Shown one piece after another: positions 62,037-64,000 of a stretch of DNA of 64,000 nucleotides. Below the pieces are notes generated by a model. The model saw nothing but the letters and a program-made list of their open reading frames with translations. It did no database searches and had not been told where the DNA came from. A program made the translations under genes and the position numbers. The stretch spans positions 13,144,001 through 13,208,000 of the forward strand of contig NC_135909.1 in assembly GCF_964194155.1 (NCBI RefSeq). Direction: 5' to 3'. The first letter of the stretch is position 1. Each line of letters starts with the position of its first letter. The stretch comes from Cetorhinus maximus. Taxonomy: Eukaryota.

Positions 62037-64000
62037 TCTGTGGAGAAAGAAACAGAGTTAACGTTTTGAGTCTGTATGACCCTTCTTCAGAGCTAAAGAG
62101 AGGTAGAAATGTGATGAAATTTATACTGTTTAAGGGGGCGGAGCAGGTGAAGCTGGAAAGAAGGTCAGTGATAGGTGGGGGCTAACGAGAGATTGACAAA
62201 GATGTCATGGACAATAAGACTCTGAAGAAGGGTCATACAGACTAGAAATGTTAACTCTGTTTCTCTCTCCACAGATGCAGTCAGGCCTGTTGAGTTTTTC
62301 CAGCATTTTCTGTTTTTATTTCAGATTTCCAGCATCAGCAGTATTTTGCTTTTATCTTAGTGTTTAATTCACTGCCACTTCTCTTCCAGGAATGCCCACC
62401 TTGAAGAAGGACTACTCTTCTGTCCGACAGGATTTCCATTTGTCTCTTTCGTCCTGTTCACCTTCATTGTTTCCTTCCTCAGTGACTGTCTCCGTCTCCG
62501 ACTTACCCCACATGGATTCCAACTAAAGCTCCATCCCTCATGTTTCGAATCCTCCCAGTATTACAGGTATCTTCAGGACTTAAAACATTCCTCGGACTGC
62601 TGTTCTTGCCACATCCTGAGATCCACACTCAGTGCCATGTGCCGCCATATGAACACACTCGACCTCTCCCTCCAGCAGCACCGACTCATCCTATCTCAAA
62701 GCTGTCCTTGTCCCCGGTTTCATTTTATTCTTCATCTCATCCGATGCCTTAATAAGAAACTTTTCCTTTCAGTTGTTAAGGAACGCAAGCTCCAACAACC
62801 GATTGATACCAACGCCCATCCAGGACCCTCCATCCCTTCCCATCCCTCTGACCCCATCCCGCCTTCTAATCCCAGCCCTTGCCGTGTATTCACCGTACCC
62901 TCTGACCTTCCCCTCTCTGATGCTGAATGTTCTGTACTCAGCAAAGGGCTCAGTTTCATACCCTTACGCCCTCACCTCAATGAATGTTGGGCTCGGCACG
63001 ATGCTGAACTCTTCTTCCGCCGCCTTCGTCTCCGTGCTCACTTCTTTGGGCAGGAGTCCTCCCCCTGTTCAACGAATCCTTTCACCCACCTCCAGGATTC
63101 TTCTTCCACCTGGGCCCCTCCCTCTGGCCTCTCACCTGCTCTTGATCTTTTCATTGAGAACTGTCAGCGTGACAATGGCCGTCTCAATTTCTCTGTTCCT
63201 CTCACCCACTCTAACCTGTCACCTTCTGAACTTGCTGCACTCCGTTCTCTTAGGTCCAACCCTGACTTTGTTATCAAACCTGCCGACAAGAGCAGTGCTG
63301 CTGTTGTCTGGCGTACTGACCTCTACCTCGCCTGTCTATTTATGGGCTATGTGGAACATTCCTTGTTCCAGTGCTACTCAGGCCCCCTCCCACAACTCTT
63401 CTTTTCACCACATCGATGACTGTTTCGGTGCCACTTCATGGCCTCATCTGGACCTGGAAAAATTTATCCATTTTGCTTCCAATTTCCACCTCTCTATCAC
63501 CTTCACATGGCCCATCACCAACACTTCCTTTCCCTTCCTTGACCTCTCTGTCTCCATTTCTGGTAATAGACTGTCCACCAATATTCATTACAAGCCCACT
63601 GCCCCCCACAGCTACCTCGACTACAGCTCCTCACACTCTGCTTCCTGTAAGGACACCATCCCATTCTCTCAGTTCCTTCAACTCCGTCGCATCTGTTCAG
63701 ATGATGCCACCTTCTAAAACACCGCTTCTGACACGTCTTCCTTCTTCCATAACCGAGCTTTCCCACCCATTGTGATGGACAGGGCCCCTCAACCGTGTCC
63801 GACCCAACTCCCCCGCTTCTGACATCACACTTTCCCGTCCCCCCAGAACCATGATAGGACCCCCCTTGTCCGCACTTCTCACCCCACCAGCCTCCGCATT
63901 CAAGGGATCATCCTCCACCATTTCCGGCAACGACATCATGAAGCCACCACCAAACATATCTTCCCCTCACCAGCCCCCACCCCCGTCAGCATTCTGTAGG
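62037..64000 (+). mobile_element. Penelope-like element with an inverted 5' terminal segment, internally deleted, running off the window
   Basis: Inverted arms 62038-62095 and 62221-62277; ORF 62637..63419 (LSKGLSFIP..FVIKPADK) fused to the RT C-terminal part (ACLFMGYVEHSLF; HIDDCF; FPFLDL). Confidence 0.9.

Overview
Eukaryotic, repeat-rich vertebrate DNA. The repeat content (CR1 LINEs, Penelope-like elements, Deu-domain and tRNA-headed SINEs) suggests a cartilaginous fish; this is inference. The core is one replication-dependent histone quintet at about 29.6-37.4 kb: H2B(+), H2A(+), H3(-), H4(-), H1(-), each with a 3' stem-loop. H2B, H3 and H1 are intact. H2A is split at its start codon by two tandem 5'-truncated Tx1/L1-type retrotransposon tails, separated and flanked by three copies of the 9-bp target GTCTGGAAG. 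This is the strongest candidate for a histone-gene-targeting retroelement. H4 has lost its body, which is replaced by a copy of H2B-H2A spacer DNA. The quintet lies within a decaying, segmentally duplicated tRNA cluster: intact Leu-CAG, near-intact Ser-GCT, four iMet copies, and two tRNA-Pro relics with 18-nt inserts at the canonical intron site. The rest is LINE/PLE/SINE debris, degenerate minisatellites and two CpG-rich promoter-like segments. Repeat boundaries are approximate and all alignments were done by eye.
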